Assembly (NCBI RefSeq): GCF_006345805.1
Contig: NW_021831404.1
Span: 186,001 to 250,000, forward strand
From: Octopus sinensis
Taxonomy: Eukaryota
Reading direction: 5' to 3'
DNA: 64,000 nt
The notes below the pieces were generated by a model that saw only the letters and a program-made list of their open reading frames with translations, had not been told where the DNA came from and made no database searches. Shown here piece by piece: positions 14,260-27,290 of this stretch. How positions within the stretch are numbered: position 1 is the stretch's first letter; every line of letters begins with the position of its first letter. The position numbers and the translations under genes are program-made.

Positions 14260-15104
14260 TTAACTCTCTGATTATAAAACCTGCCAGAAACTGTCCATTC
14301 TAAAGAGTTTGTATTTCTGTTAAAATTTCTATCAAAATAACATAAAGGTGGTGCTCCAGCATGGCCACAGTCAAATGACTGAAACAAGTAAAAGAGTAAA
14401 TATAAAAAATAACTTGAGACTCCAGTTGGCAAACACCAACATAAAATATATCAGTATACAAGCACAGGCATGGCTGTGTGGTTAAAATGCTTGCTTCCCA
14501 ACCACACAGTTCTGGGTTCAGTCCCACGGCATGACGCCTTGGGCAAGTGTCTTCTACTACAGCCTCAGGCCAACCAAAGCCTTGTGAGCGGATTTGGTAG
14601 ACGGAAACTGAAAGAATCCCATTGTATGTGTGTGTGTTTGTCCCCTCTCCCCCACCATCACTTGACAACCAATGTTAGTGTGTTTACATCCCTGTAACTT
14701 AGCTGTTCAGCCAAAGAGACCAATAGAATAAGTACCATGCTTACAAAGAATAAATTCTGGGGTGGATTTCTTCAACTAAAACCCTTTAAGTGGTGCTCCA
14801 GCATGGCAAGCTTAAATGCTAAAGTGTTACAAAGAAAAGGAAAGAAGGAATGAAAAGAAAAAAAAAACATCATCCTTATAGTTTTAATAGATATTTTTCA
14901 TACTTGAAGGATCAGACAGAATTCATTGAGGTAGCCTGTTACCAACCCTCACTTGTTTCCAAGTAAGGCAAAGGTAATATTTTCTCCCATGACTAGACAT
15001 ATTTTTATGGACGACTGGAAATGAAGGACACCACTTGTATGACAGTGACACTCGTTTACAACTATCAAACACTATTAAGACAAAGGGGCAAACACACACA
15101 CATA

Positions 15105-15447
15105 CAGTGGAACCTCAGTTTGCAAATTTAATTCATTCCTGAAGGTCGTTCATCACCTGAAATGTTTGTAAACCTAAACTATTTTTCCCATAGTTAATTC
15201 AAGTGGAAGCACAGCGAATTCATGCAAGGATGTGCACTGAGGGAAAACGAGACAGAAACTTACCTTCTACTGCTGATGGCCCCGCCAGCTTGTCACCAAC
15301 CGTTATTATCAGCTTGCGTATTCATTACTCAAGACAGTGTTCATCAACTGGGACACCATGCATCACCCAAGGTGTTTTAAGTTCAGAAAATTGTTCGTAA
15401 ACCAATTTGCTCATGATGAGAGGTGTTCATTAACTGAGGTTCCATTG
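15105..15447. mobile_element. Tigger/pogo-like MITE
   Basis: TA-cagtggaacctcagtt...aactgaggttccattg-TA. Confidence 0.85.
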
Positions 15448-15671
15448 TACCTATATAATCATGACAAACTTCTTTCAGTTTCCATCTACAATATCCACTC
15501 AAAACACTGGCCGACCCAGGGCTCTTGCAGAAGACATTAGGCCAAAGCGCCAAAAAGTGGGATTGAACCCAAGACTACATAGTTGAGAAGCAGACTTAAC
15601 CACACAGCAATAGCTGCACTCATAACAACAACAACAACAACAACAAGCAGATAAAACTGCATAGGAATTAC

Positions 15672-15776
15672 CTGGATGTAAAGTTGAAGACGCTGCCTTC
15701 TTTGTTCCAACACTTTGTGGTTCCATTTTAACATCTTCTTTGGAGGGAATTCTGGAGTAGCAATCAGTTTCTTTAG
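15672..15776 (-). CDS. SNX24: SNX22/24-like coding exon 3 (PX proline-rich loop)
   Basis: ttttgcag acceptor, gtaatt donor, 105 nt; LKKLIATPEFPPKKMLKWNHKVLEQRRQRLQLYIQ, contained in ORF 15537..15782. Confidence 0.92.
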
Positions 15777-16326
15777 CTGCAAAAGTCAAGTTTACCATTA
15801 TTTAAGAAATAAGTAACCAAAGTATTCAATAACTGAAATCATTCATCATCATCATCGTTTATCGTCCGCTTTCCATGCTAGCATGGGTTGGCCGGTTCGA
15901 ATGGGGTCTGGGAAGCCAGGAGGCTGCACCATAAAAACTATTATACATAAAATGGTGGAAGCAGAGTTCTGGGATCTACATTTTCTCTCATAAATTCGAT
16001 GATCATCTTCTGATGTCCCTATGTCGTATTTCTTTATTGCCCACAGGGGGATAAACACAGAGGGGACAAGCAAGGACAGACAAAGGGATTAAGTCGATTA
16101 CATCGACCCCAGTGCGTAACTGGTATTTAATTTATTGACCCCGAAAGGATGAAAGGCAAAGTCGACCTTGGTGGAATTTGAACTCAGAACGTAACAGCAG
16201 ACGAAATACCTCTAAGCATTTCGCCCAGCTTGCTAATGTTTTTGCCAGCTTGTCCCAATGTCTTATTTCCAGCACATGACCAGTTCCAGACCACCAATGT
16301 CTCCTAAGTGTAAGGAACTATAAAGA

Positions 16327-16838
16327 CATGTTCTGAACTCAAGTGCTTCAAAGCCAAAGCTAAACTCATGGTGAAGTGTTAGTGCTAAACTCCAGTACTT
16401 CAGAATTACTTTTAAACTTCAGTAGTGAAAAGTCAGCACAAACATCAGTTCTTCAGGATTAGTTCTGAACTCTAGTACTTAAAGGCCAATGCTAAATTTC
16501 AGTGCATAACCTCCTAGTTCTGAATTCCACTGTTTAAGGGCCATTTCTGAACTCCAGTACTTAAGGGCCAAACTTTAACTCCAGTACATAAGACGTAGTT
16601 CTGAACTCCAGTACTTAAGGGCCAGTTCTGAACTCCAGTACTTAAGGGTCAGTTCTGAACTCCAGTACTTAAGGCCCAGTTCTGAACTCCAGTACATAAG
16701 GCACACAGTTCTGAATTCCAATACTTAAGGGACAGTTCTGAATTCCACTACTTAAGGGCCATTTCTGAACTCTGGTACTTAAGGTCCAGACTTTAACCCC
16801 TGTACATAAAGCACACAGTTCTGAATTCCAGTACTTAA
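16327..16838 (-). repeat. Older, degenerate array of the same 27-bp unit in inverted orientation
   Basis: gggccagttctgaactccagtactta units, best conserved 16540-16838; ends at the TTAA used by a piggyBac MITE. Confidence 0.9.
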
Positions 16839-17241
16839 CCCTTTTGATACAAACCCACTTGAGAACATCTCTGCTTTTATGATACAAGCTCCCTGTTTAA
16901 AAGCAATTTAAATTAAAACTTTCCATCGAAATTTCATGTCAATTTTTGTTCTAAACACCAGCCTAATGATGAAAAAGTCATTTTACTGAATTCTTAATTA
17001 TTATCGACGTTAAATGAGGCCAAGGCAGCATGTTTCAACAGAAATATGGTAGCAAAAAGGTAGGAAATAAATTCTCTTAGGATATAATACCGACTTATAT
17101 TTGGTAGTATTCCTGGAAAATGCGGTAGCTATTCCCCAACTATTAAATTCATTAGAGACTAAACTGATTAACATCTAATAGGCCAAGATTTAACAGAAAT
17201 TTTGAAAAGATAATGACAAGAATAAAGATGTGAATTGTTAC

Positions 17242-17325
17242 CTGTTTGTGCAGATCTTCAAATTCAGTATAGCGTCTTTCGACCGAATTATATCTTCCAG
17301 ACATCCATACTTGGACATAAAATAC
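17242..17325 (-). CDS. SNX24: SNX22/24-like coding exon 2 (PX domain, RRY motif)
   Basis: tttcatag acceptor, gtaaca donor, 84 nt, phase 0/0; VFYVQVWMSGRYNSVERRYTEFEDLHKQ. Confidence 0.92.
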
Positions 17326-17481
17326 CTATGAAATATAATTAATGAAGACGGTTTAATCTTTCTTTTCCAGTCACTGAGAGAGAGAAGAAAAAAATACAAA
17401 TAACAAACTTTCCAACTTATAAACGAGGAAAAAAAAGAAGTGGTTCTCTCCCTTGAAGTGCATAGATTCTCCCTTCCTTCG

Positions 17482-17523
<42 letters not shown>

Positions 17524-17989
17524 CCATAATAGAACATCCACAATGCAACAAACACGTGGATTTAATATAAAGTGCTTCTTTTACAAGCTAAAGTTGTTAG
17601 CAATACAGTGTTTCTGGTTTCCATTTTCTATCTAACACGCTAAGTAGCTCCACGCATGAGTGTGTGTGTGTGTGTGTGTGTTATGTGCGTGTGTCTGTTT
17701 ATCTCTGTGCAAAGTTCTACATAAAGTACAAACATGCATTTTAAACTCTTTTCTACTCCAGGCACAAGGCCCAACATTTTTGGGGAGGGGTCCAGTTGAT
17801 TAGATCGACCCCTCGAAAGGATGAAAGGCAAAGTCGACCTCAGCGGAAAAACATGCATAAAACTAAAGGCTTGTTCAATAATTTTCAAGAGTACCACACT
17901 TGTATTATTCTAACATAACAAAGGAAAGGTTGATAGTGACTTCGAAGTATGAGCTTACTTGCTGTCATCAGACAGTTCCGATTAACCAA

Positions 17990-18290
17990 CAATGGTTAAC
18001 TGAAAAGAACCACTTCTCTATGACAGCATCAGACCAAATGTCTTTTACATGGTTCTTCAGAAATTGAACAAATTCAGCTATGAAACCCTACCTCATCAAA
18101 CTTATCCATCAGATAGACTATTATTTTCCCAAGCATCTCAATAACTTCCTGCAAAAATAGGTCTTCAACAACCAAACTGCAGCTCAAAATGCCAAATACA
18201 TTCAAAGAATTCTTCAGTATCAGGATTTCCAGAATTATATTTCACTGGAATAAATAGATACGTGAATGGATTTGGTAGACAGAATATGAA
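17990..18290 (+). pseudogene. Decayed mariner transposase C-terminal fragment
   Basis: KEPLLYDSIRPNV, LQKLNKFSYETLPHQTYP resemble LLHDNARPH..LPHPPYSP. Confidence 0.7.
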
Positions 18291-18348
18291 AGAAGTGTGG
18301 CACCTAGAGTAAGTACCTTCTACTATAGCCTCAGTTCGACCAAAGCTC

Positions 18349-18868
18349 TTAAGTATTGGAGTTCAGAACTGGCCCTTAAGTATTGGAGTTCAGAACTGGC
18401 CCTTAAGTATCGGAGTTCAGAACTGGCCCTTAAGTATCGGAGTTCAGAACTGGCCCTTAAGTATCGGAGTTCAGAACTGGCCCTTAAGTATCGGAGTTCA
18501 GAACTGGCCCTTAAGTATCGGCGTTCAGAACTGGCCCTTAAGTATCGGCGTTCAGAACTGGCCCTTAAGTATCGGCGTTCAGAACTGGCCCTTAAGTATC
18601 GGCGTTCAGAACTGGCCCTTAAGTATTGGCGTTCAGAACTGGCCCTTAAGTATTGGCGTTCAGAATTGGCCCTTAAGTATTGGCGTTCAGAACTGACCCT
18701 TAAGTATTGGTGTTCAGAACTGGCCCTTAAGTATTGGTGTTCAGAACTGGCCCTTAAGTATTGGTGTTCAGAACTGGCCCTTAAGTATTGGAGTTCAGAA
18801 CTGGCCCTCACGTACTGGAATTCAAAACTGGCCCTCACCTACTGGAGTTCAGAACTGGCCCTTAAATA
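18349..18868 (+). repeat. 27-bp minisatellite, 19 units, inside a SINE A copy
   Basis: Unit taagtattggagttcagaactggccct; explains ORFs 18297..18872 and 18323..18838. Confidence 0.97.
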
Positions 18869-19814
18869 CTAGATTTAGTAGATGGAAACTGGAAAGAAGC
18901 CTGTCATATATATATATATATATATATTAATATATATATGTGTGTGTGTCTTTGTGTCTGTTTTTGTCCCCCACCACTGCTTGACAACTGGTGTTGATAT
19001 GTTTATGTCCCCCGTAACTTAGTGGTCTGGCAAAAGAGACTGACAAATTACCAGGCCTGAAAATAGAAAAGCACTGGTGTTGAAAAAAAAAGTCGAGTAA
19101 AATAAATATCAGGCTTCAAACAAATTAGTTCAAAGGTTGATTCTTCAAGGTGGTGCCCCAGCATGGCCACAGTTTACTGACTGAAACAAAAAAAAAAATA
19201 AAGATATGCACACACACAGTGTGAAGCATAGAATGGGAAAGTATTACTACTTATTTGTAAAAATGTAATACTAAATCAAATATTTAACAGAAAACTTGGA
19301 AAAAAAACAAAGGCGGGTAAGAAAAAATATAAGCAAAAATATAACCCGAAACTTTATCATATTCCACTAATATACATCACAGATGTTAACAGTCAGGGGA
19401 TAGAATTTCAGTCCAATATTTTTAACGGGATTTAGTTATAAGAGTTTAACCGAGTTTCACCATATATGTGGATTGTTATTTTAATTCATATTAGCACTGT
19501 CACATGGTTGAAGGTTGGGTCTTTAGAATATGGCACTTGTCACATTCCAAGCGACAGCGTCTGTTAATAGTTAATTTCCATAATGTGAGCATTCTTGTGA
19601 AGGAAGCATAGCTTAGTGGATAGGGTATTTGGCTCGCGATTGTAACATTGAGTTCAATATCTAGCACCGCGTTATGTCCTTGAGCAAGACACTTTATTTC
19701 ATGTTGCTCCAGTCCACTCAGCTGGCAAAATTGAGTAGTACCCATAATTCAAAGGGCCAGCCTTGTTACACTGCGTCATGCTGAATCTCCCTGAGAGTTA
19801 CATTAAGGGTATGT

Positions 19815-20047
19815 GCGGCGAGCTGGCAGAAACGTCAGCACGTCGGGCGAAATGCTTAGCGGTATTTCGTCTGCCGTTACGTTGTGAGTTCAAATTCTGC
19901 CGAGGTCGACTTTACCTTTCATCCTTTCAGGGTCGATAAATTAAGTACCAGTTACGCACTGGGGTCGACGTAATTGACTTAATACCTATGTCTGTCCTTG
20001 ATTGTCCCCTCTATGTTTAGCCCCTTGTGGGTAATAAAAAAATAGGT
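19815..20047 (+). mobile_element. SINE family B (more than 20 copies, clustered at 1-2130, 7740-8530, 12520-13620, 29765-30835)
   Basis: ggcggcgagctggcagaa head, B box GAGTTCAAATTC, gtcgactttgcctttcatccttt body. Confidence 0.88.
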
Positions 20048-22282
20048 ATGAGTGTCTGTGGAGTACTCAGCCACTTGCACATTAATTTCACAAGCTGGCT
20101 GTTCCATTGATCAAATTAACTGGAGTTAGGAAATTTGTTGCATGAAGAATATCAAAGATGGAATTTTGCTTCTCTTTGGGTCATCAAATCCAAGATAAGG
20201 CAGTCCAAGATACATTTCGCCTGAAAACGCTGACGGGATGGGGTGACTATGGTTCAAACTTGATAAGGGACCAAACAAAAACAGAAAAAACGATATTGAT
20301 GAGACTCAGAGAAAAGATAAGATAAAATAAATAAATAGATAGATAAAGCACATTGCATTTATAAATTAATCCTTGCATCCTAATTAGCGATTACTTGTTA
20401 ATTGTATACTGATTGACAATCTGTCAAGGAGTGTGTCTGTGTGTGGTGTGTGTGCGCATGTGTGTATGTTCAGGTACAGTATGTATGTGGCATGCATTTT
20501 GTTTTCGCTAATATATGTAAGTATTTAACCACACACACACACACACTCATCATTGGTAGCTTCGGGTGACTCACTAAAGTTGGTCTGATATAATCCTGCC
20601 ATAACGGTTTTCAATGAACAAGTTTTCCTTCCTAATTAAAATACCTTACTTACATTATACGGTTCCAATCACTATAACCTTTGATTAGTCCAACTAATTA
20701 GTAATCTCGCTCCTCTTACTCCACGACATATATCTACACCTGCAGACCATTATATTGGTCAACAGAGGGCATATGGTTTCACCAGTTGTAAATGGCAACC
20801 AGATAAATCTGCCCTCAAAATTCACACCCTATTTGCCACTGCCACTGCCACCACCACCAATTCTAATTCTTTTTTCGTGTTCTGAGTCCAAATCCTGCCG
20901 AGATCAAATGTGCCTTTCACTCTTCCGTGGGTCATGTATAGTGCCATATCAAGGTATGGGTAATTAAAAAGAATGATTTAAAAAAGAAAAATTTCCAGTC
21001 ATGGCTATCCCATCCCGTCCTTGTTTTCACGTCAAGTATCCAGGACTGAAATGAGACAATTTCGCACAGCTGTCTGGACACTGACATTTTGGTACAACAG
21101 AATGGACATTCAGCCTGTTTGGGCAACAGTACTTTTTGGAACCAGAGGCAAACAACCTGCCCCCACACACACACACGTGTGTTAGCAGAAATATAGACTT
21201 ACAGATATAAAGGAGAGAGAGATTACAATTTATGAATTGAATATAACTGACCTTCTTCAATTTCTGCCTACCAGTTTTACTTACAAGATATTGATCAAGT
21301 TGCAGCTATAGTATGAAAGCATTAGCCAACATGGCTATGAGTTAACAAGTTTATTTCCCAACCACATGTTTCCAGGTTCACTCCCAATGTGGGGACTGCA
21401 AATTTACCACAAGGGGATTTCTCATGTGGTTTTATGGTGCATATGTGGTTCACTTGTTTACACCGCTAGTGGGAAACAATTACCGCCTTTCCTGCTGCAA
21501 GGACTACCTGATCATGGGATTTCGGCCTTCTTTGGTCTTGTCACTGGTAGATACCTGACTGTTGGAAACAGTAGTAATTGTCCTGCTGGTGATATACACA
21601 CTGACAGAGCTCAATCAAGCACTGGTGTTGCTAAAAGCCAGATATAAATATATATATGTGTGTATAGTGGCTGTCTGGTAAGTATAGGCGCAGGAGTGGC
21701 TGTGAGGTAAGTAGCTTAAGTGTACAGTAGAAGTGTCTTCTACTATAGCCTTGGGCCGACCAAAGCCTTGTGAGTGGATTTTGTAGACGGAAACTGAAAG
21801 AAGCCCATCGTATATATGTATGTACTTGAGTGTATATGTCTGTGTTTGTCCCCCCAACATCGGTTGACAACCGATGCTGGTGTGTTTACGTCCCTGTAAC
21901 TCAGTGGTCTGGCAAAAGAGACTGATAGAATAAGACCTGAGGTCGATTTGCTGGACTAAAAAGCGGTGCTCCAGCATAGCCACAGTCACATGACTGAAAG
22001 AAGTGAAAGAGAAAAAAATGTATGTATGTATGTATGTATGTATGTATGTATGCAGGTATATATGCATCTGTGTGTGTGATTCTATGCTTGTGTTTGTCCC
22101 CTACCATTACTTGGCAACTAATATTGGTTTGTTTACATCCGCGCAACTTAGTGGTTCAGAAAGAGAGACTGATAGAATAAGTACCAGGTTTTAAATAAGC
22201 ACTAGGGTTGATTTGTTTGGTTAAAATCCTTTGAGGCAGTGCTTCAGCATGGCCACAGTCGAATGAAGCAAAAATTAAAAGA

Positions 22283-22316
<34 letters not shown>

Positions 22317-24488
22317 TGCTTTGACACAGCATAATATTTGTAAACGAGTGTCACTCTCATCCAGGCAGTGTTGTTTATCTCCAATATTCTTCATAAACAT
22401 GCTTGGAAAAAGCTGTAGGTTGGCAACTGGAAAGGCATCCAGCCATAGAAAAAAAAAATCCGTCCAAATAAACCCATCCAACCCATACAAGCATGGAAAA
22501 GAGGACGTTAAGCCGATAACGATGATAATGATTGTGATAAATAAACGGGCAAAACGGAACAAAAATAACCTAGTGATTAATTATGAATACATGCGTTTGC
22601 TTAAGAGTAATTTGTCCTGTTTGTTATGATGGTGGCGGTGACAGCTGTGGTGGTGGAGGTGGTGGTGGTGGTGTAGTGGTAGTAGTTGTTACTGGTGCTG
22701 CTGTTAGTTGAAAATTCAGTCCTGATCGAACCAGCCTATGATTAAAAGTTCTTGCCATGACTACTCAACTTTCTATTCAGACATTGTGTCTCCTGGACTA
22801 TATTAGTTAAAAAAAGGTCCTTCCTTTCCTTTTGCTAAACATTTGTAAGTTGCTCAACATTAAGCTGCTACTTCTAGTGAGCCTAGAGGCCATACAAAGG
22901 CTCTTTCTCTCTCTCTCTCATCAAGTTGTTTAACCAAAGTTAGCCCTGACAGAGGAGTCCTATGACAAAAGGCTCTCCAGCCAGGGCAATCTCTACAGCT
23001 TTTCTTTTTCTGTTTCAGAAATGCTTATTAAAACCCAACATTATCCAATGCACCCTTCATATTTGCTCAACATTAAGCTGCTACTTCTAGTGAGCCTAGA
23101 GGCCATACAAAGGCTCTTTCTCTCTCTCTCTCTCTCATCAAGTTGTTTAACCAAAGTAAGCCCTGACAGAGGAGTCCTATTACAAAAGGCTCTCCAGCCA
23201 GGGCAATCTCTACAGCTTTTCTTTTTCTGTTTCAGAAATGCTTATTAAAACCCAACATTATCCAATGCACCCATCATTTTTGTTCTAAAGACAAGGTATG
23301 ACTTAAAGGAGATATAGTTGCTATTTCTAGCAGCTTCAATGGTCACAGGAAGGTTTCAGAGTTAGCTTGTTTTTTTTTTGTTTTTTTTTTCGTGGTTGCA
23401 GAGTTGATGTTATTGGTGTCAGAGCAGATAATGGTTACTCTTTGCCATGAGATCTGTTATTACTATCCAGCATATGACACAGTAATTTTGAGTTATCCTA
23501 CAAACTAATTGGCGTTTGTTAAGGGCCTTAAGTTCAAATTGCTTTCTCTATTCTTTTCTCTTTTTTTCTCTGCCCTCTGCTATTTTTAATTTATTCTTAT
23601 TCCGAGTCTATTTTTCTCTTCTCTTTTATTTGTTACAAGTCATGAGACTGCGGCCAAGCTGTGGCACCATCTTGAAGAGCTTTTAGTCCAACAAATCGAC
23701 CCTAGAATTTTTTTTTTTTTTTTAAAGCCTGGCATTTATTCTATTGGTGTATTTTTGCTGTGCTGCTAAGTTACAGGGCTATACACAAACCAACACCAGA
23801 TTCCAAATAGTTTTGATGGGGCGGAGGACAAACAGGCACAATAACACAGGCGTGCGCACACACACACACACACACACGATGGGCTTCTTTCAGTTTCTGC
23901 ATACCAAATCCATATACACACACACACACACACGCGTGTGTGTAAATATGTCACGGAGTAATTAATCAAACACTAACCTCATTAAGTCATAATATTATCA
24001 TACAAATGAAGCAAAACAACTGCGTTTAAATAAAGTATGGGATGGTCACAGCTGCAACATTTCTGATCACAGACCTGCTCAATCAATCCCGACCTAGGGT
24101 TAAACAACTTAAACAACAACTGTAACAAGACACTGGGACATGAAATCATTGCAGTGTATGCCAATGACAAGGATGTAATAATTAAACTACGTGATTGTAA
24201 TTGAAGTCGGCACATAGAGGAATGCGATAAGCCCTCATTTCCCTTTATCACAAGATTAGGGTTGCAAGGGAAGAGCCTGTATGTGGTTGCCCCTACATAC
24301 AGGCTCTTCTCCTGCAACCCTAATCTTGTGGGCTTGTAAGTGCTGGTGCCACATAAAAAGCACTGGTGTATATATCTGTAACAAAGGGCATTGTAACATC
24401 ATAAATATGTGTATATATATATATAGATGTATGCATATATTACATACATATGTGGGTGACTCAGAAATGAGTAATCTATCTATCTATC

Positions 24489-24520
<32 letters not shown>

Positions 24521-24658
24521 CGATAAAGTGCATATTTATACACATAAGGAATCCATTTAGCGTGAGATTCAACACATTAGAGAGAACAGCTAGGTTCTAT
24601 AAACCACAAAAATAACGGATAAAATTCGACAGGAATAAATTTGGAAATGAAAAACATG

Positions 24659-24696
<38 letters not shown>

Positions 24697-24938
24697 GTAT
24701 ATATAGATGCATATGAATGAGGACAGTTGCATCAAGTGGTGCTGTTCTCCAATTGTAGAAGAACCATGTTTGAAGGAATAGACTCAGGAAGATGTGGGAC
24801 GAAGTGGTGAGAGACGTTGGGACACAAAACAGACGACAAGGGACTGGAACACATAGCAGTTTGCTGTACTTGAAAAGACATGTCACGTAAAAGCGTCCTT
24901 GCCCTTACACACAAGCTCTTCCCCTGCAACCGGAATCT

Positions 24939-24975
<37 letters not shown>

Positions 24976-25744
24976 TAGCAGAAGTGCTGGGCGTTGCTTT
25001 GGGGCTTAATTGCTTTATTTTTTTAATATTTTTTTATGCACCCTTTTCAAGCTCATGGGCCCGGTTTCCCGGTTTCTGTGCCGTATGTGTTCCTCCCAGC
25101 CTGGACGGGATGCCAGTCCATCGCAGCATTACCCAAGAATCAGGAAGAAAGAGTGAGAGAAAGTAGGGGTGAAAGAGTACAACAGGGGTCGCCACCACCC
25201 CCTGCCGGAGCCACGTGGAGCTTTACTTGTTTTCGCTCAATAAACACGCACAACGCCCAGTCTGGGAATCGAAACCGTGATCCTCCGACCGCGAGTCCGC
25301 TGCCCTAACCACTGGGCCATTGCACCTTCACCAATTGCTTTAAGTAGTCTTAATGATTCTACTCAATTACGATTATTGAGGCAAAGATTGATATAAGTTT
25401 ACGGCCAGCTAATTGATTTGCAACTGGATAGAAAGCCCTGCCAAGAGCTTTGCACCACACTCAGGAAGGGGTAACAATGGAATGTGAGGTGGCCCTGGAA
25501 AGGCTGTGTTATCATTCTCACAATTGAAACAATTTGGTAGGCAGTCCTGGAAGTGTGTGTAAAATGTTCGCAGGTGAATACGGTGTCTTCGTTTTCCACC
25601 AACAGCAGCGGACACGCTGTTACAAAACTTCATGCTCTGTGAAAACAGAATAGATGCCCTATGGAGGAAAGAGGGAGATTAATCATAGGTAAGTAAATAC
25701 GGGTAAGCTTGAAAATATACACCAATAGCATCTATTCACCATAT

Positions 25745-27290
25745 GTCAGGGTGTCGAGGAAAAAAATTCCCCAAGCTTTGTCCCGGACAGAATTAATAAC
25801 GGAATTGTAAGCGAACTTAGTTGTGGAAGGAGCTTTGGCTCATTCTCCGCTATGTACTGGGCAAGCTAGTCAACATTATAAGATGTCTCACGCAGCAAAT
25901 CCGAAGACAGTGTGTTTGCACCTTCCTGGTTTGTTGAAGGTAGGCCATACACTGCCAACGCACTACCGCCCATATTGAGAACAGTATCTTCGATTTCAAG
26001 TAGCGCCCTGTTGTAGATAAGGTCACTGTACCCAACCTCCGTTGATGGATTTAGCAACTGAGCCTGACGCAGGAAATCTTCAGACATGTAATCTTTGTAG
26101 GTAAGCCATAAAGAGGCGGGATCACCCAAGTCGGAGCATTGGAGTAGAATAGCGAAAAGCAATCTTAGTCTTTTAGGGAATTTTAACAAAACGCCCTCTG
26201 CCATAGTGGCGCCCCATTGTGAATCATCCTCGAAAAGTCCACGCCTGAAGCAGGCTTCCCGGAAAGTGTCACATAATTCACCGTCAACAGTTCTTATGTC
26301 TCGAAAGCTTTGTGGGTGGAAAACGTCATGGAGGAGAAGGTGCAGGTGAAGACGCTCATGCTGGTTGGGAGGTACAGTGTACACTCTTCGTAGACAACTG
26401 TTAAACTTGACACCGGGATGTCCTTGAACATCCTGACCTGACTTCCTACACACCCAAGTGTTCTTTGACCACACATATTAGGACAGGACCTGAGGGTATA
26501 AAAGTGTTTTGGAAAAATGTGTCAAGTTGGCAAAGCCTAAAGAAACCAGTCAAAGTTGTTTCTTTTGGACTGGCTGCCAATTGTGCAGCAGTCTGTTCAG
26601 TAAAGTAAGCCCACTGGCCGTTTTCCAAATGAACCGCTAGTTGTATTATGGTGGGGTGCCTTTGGTGAAGTGGAAACCCGAATATCTGCCGAAAAGCTTC
26701 ACCACTGCTGATATATCAACCTAGCAAGTACTGCGACACCTCATCCATGCTATTGTCCTTTTGAAGGCTGAGCATGGCAGCATGAGTACCCTTGTTAACA
26801 TATTTACATATGTACTTTATTGATTTTATTGAATGACAGAACTCCAGATTTATATGACCGTTGAAAATTTTCATCAGAAATGGACAGTATGGGACCACCC
26901 ATCTATTATCAAGTTGATGACCCCTTAACATCATAGTGAATCCCCCATTCTCAGGCCGCATTCATCTGTACAGTGGATATCCATCGCCAGGCCCGCATGG
27001 ACTATGCACCATGTGTGCCTTCACAATGTCGTACTGGGATTTCTGCTGTGATGATGTCATCTAGAACTGTAGGGTCTATTTTGGTGACCAACCAAACCAA
27101 AATGTGTGCATGTGGCAACCCTGTCTTCTGCCACTCAACAGTATACATGTGGCAGTTGACAGGCCCAAAAACCTGCCCTTTTTTTATTAAATCAATTAGC
27201 TTAGCCAGCTTCTGCCTGAAAACCCTGGCAATAATATCATGCTGACGGCAGCAAAGGGTGAAAGTTACATGTACAGAGAACTCGTCTTGG
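25745..27290 (-). pseudogene. Decayed Helitron Rep-helicase fragment
   Basis: Minus-strand motifs RQHDIIARVFRQKL, YTVEWQKTGLPHAHIL (Rep HUH), DNRWVVPY..HINLEFC.SIKSIKYICKYVNKG, TFREACFRRGL..DDSQW, then GIFFLDT at the start of the helicase Walker A; frameshifts and stops. Confidence 0.92.

Noticed and set aside
16327-18868. CRISPR-like appearance of the regular repeats
   Set aside because: Units are contiguous with no unique spacers; eukaryotic context; no cas genes
18297-18872. 191-aa and 171-aa repeat ORFs (KYWSSELAL)n
   Set aside because: By-product of a stop-free 27-bp minisatellite inside a SINE
20654-20739. Cryptic poison exon in SNX intron 1
   Set aside because: Strong donor but poor polypyrimidine tract; no independent support
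25400-25640. Continuation of the Helitron helicase
   Set aside because: Only faint similarity to the AATLL.GGRTAHS motif by eye; needs a translated alignment
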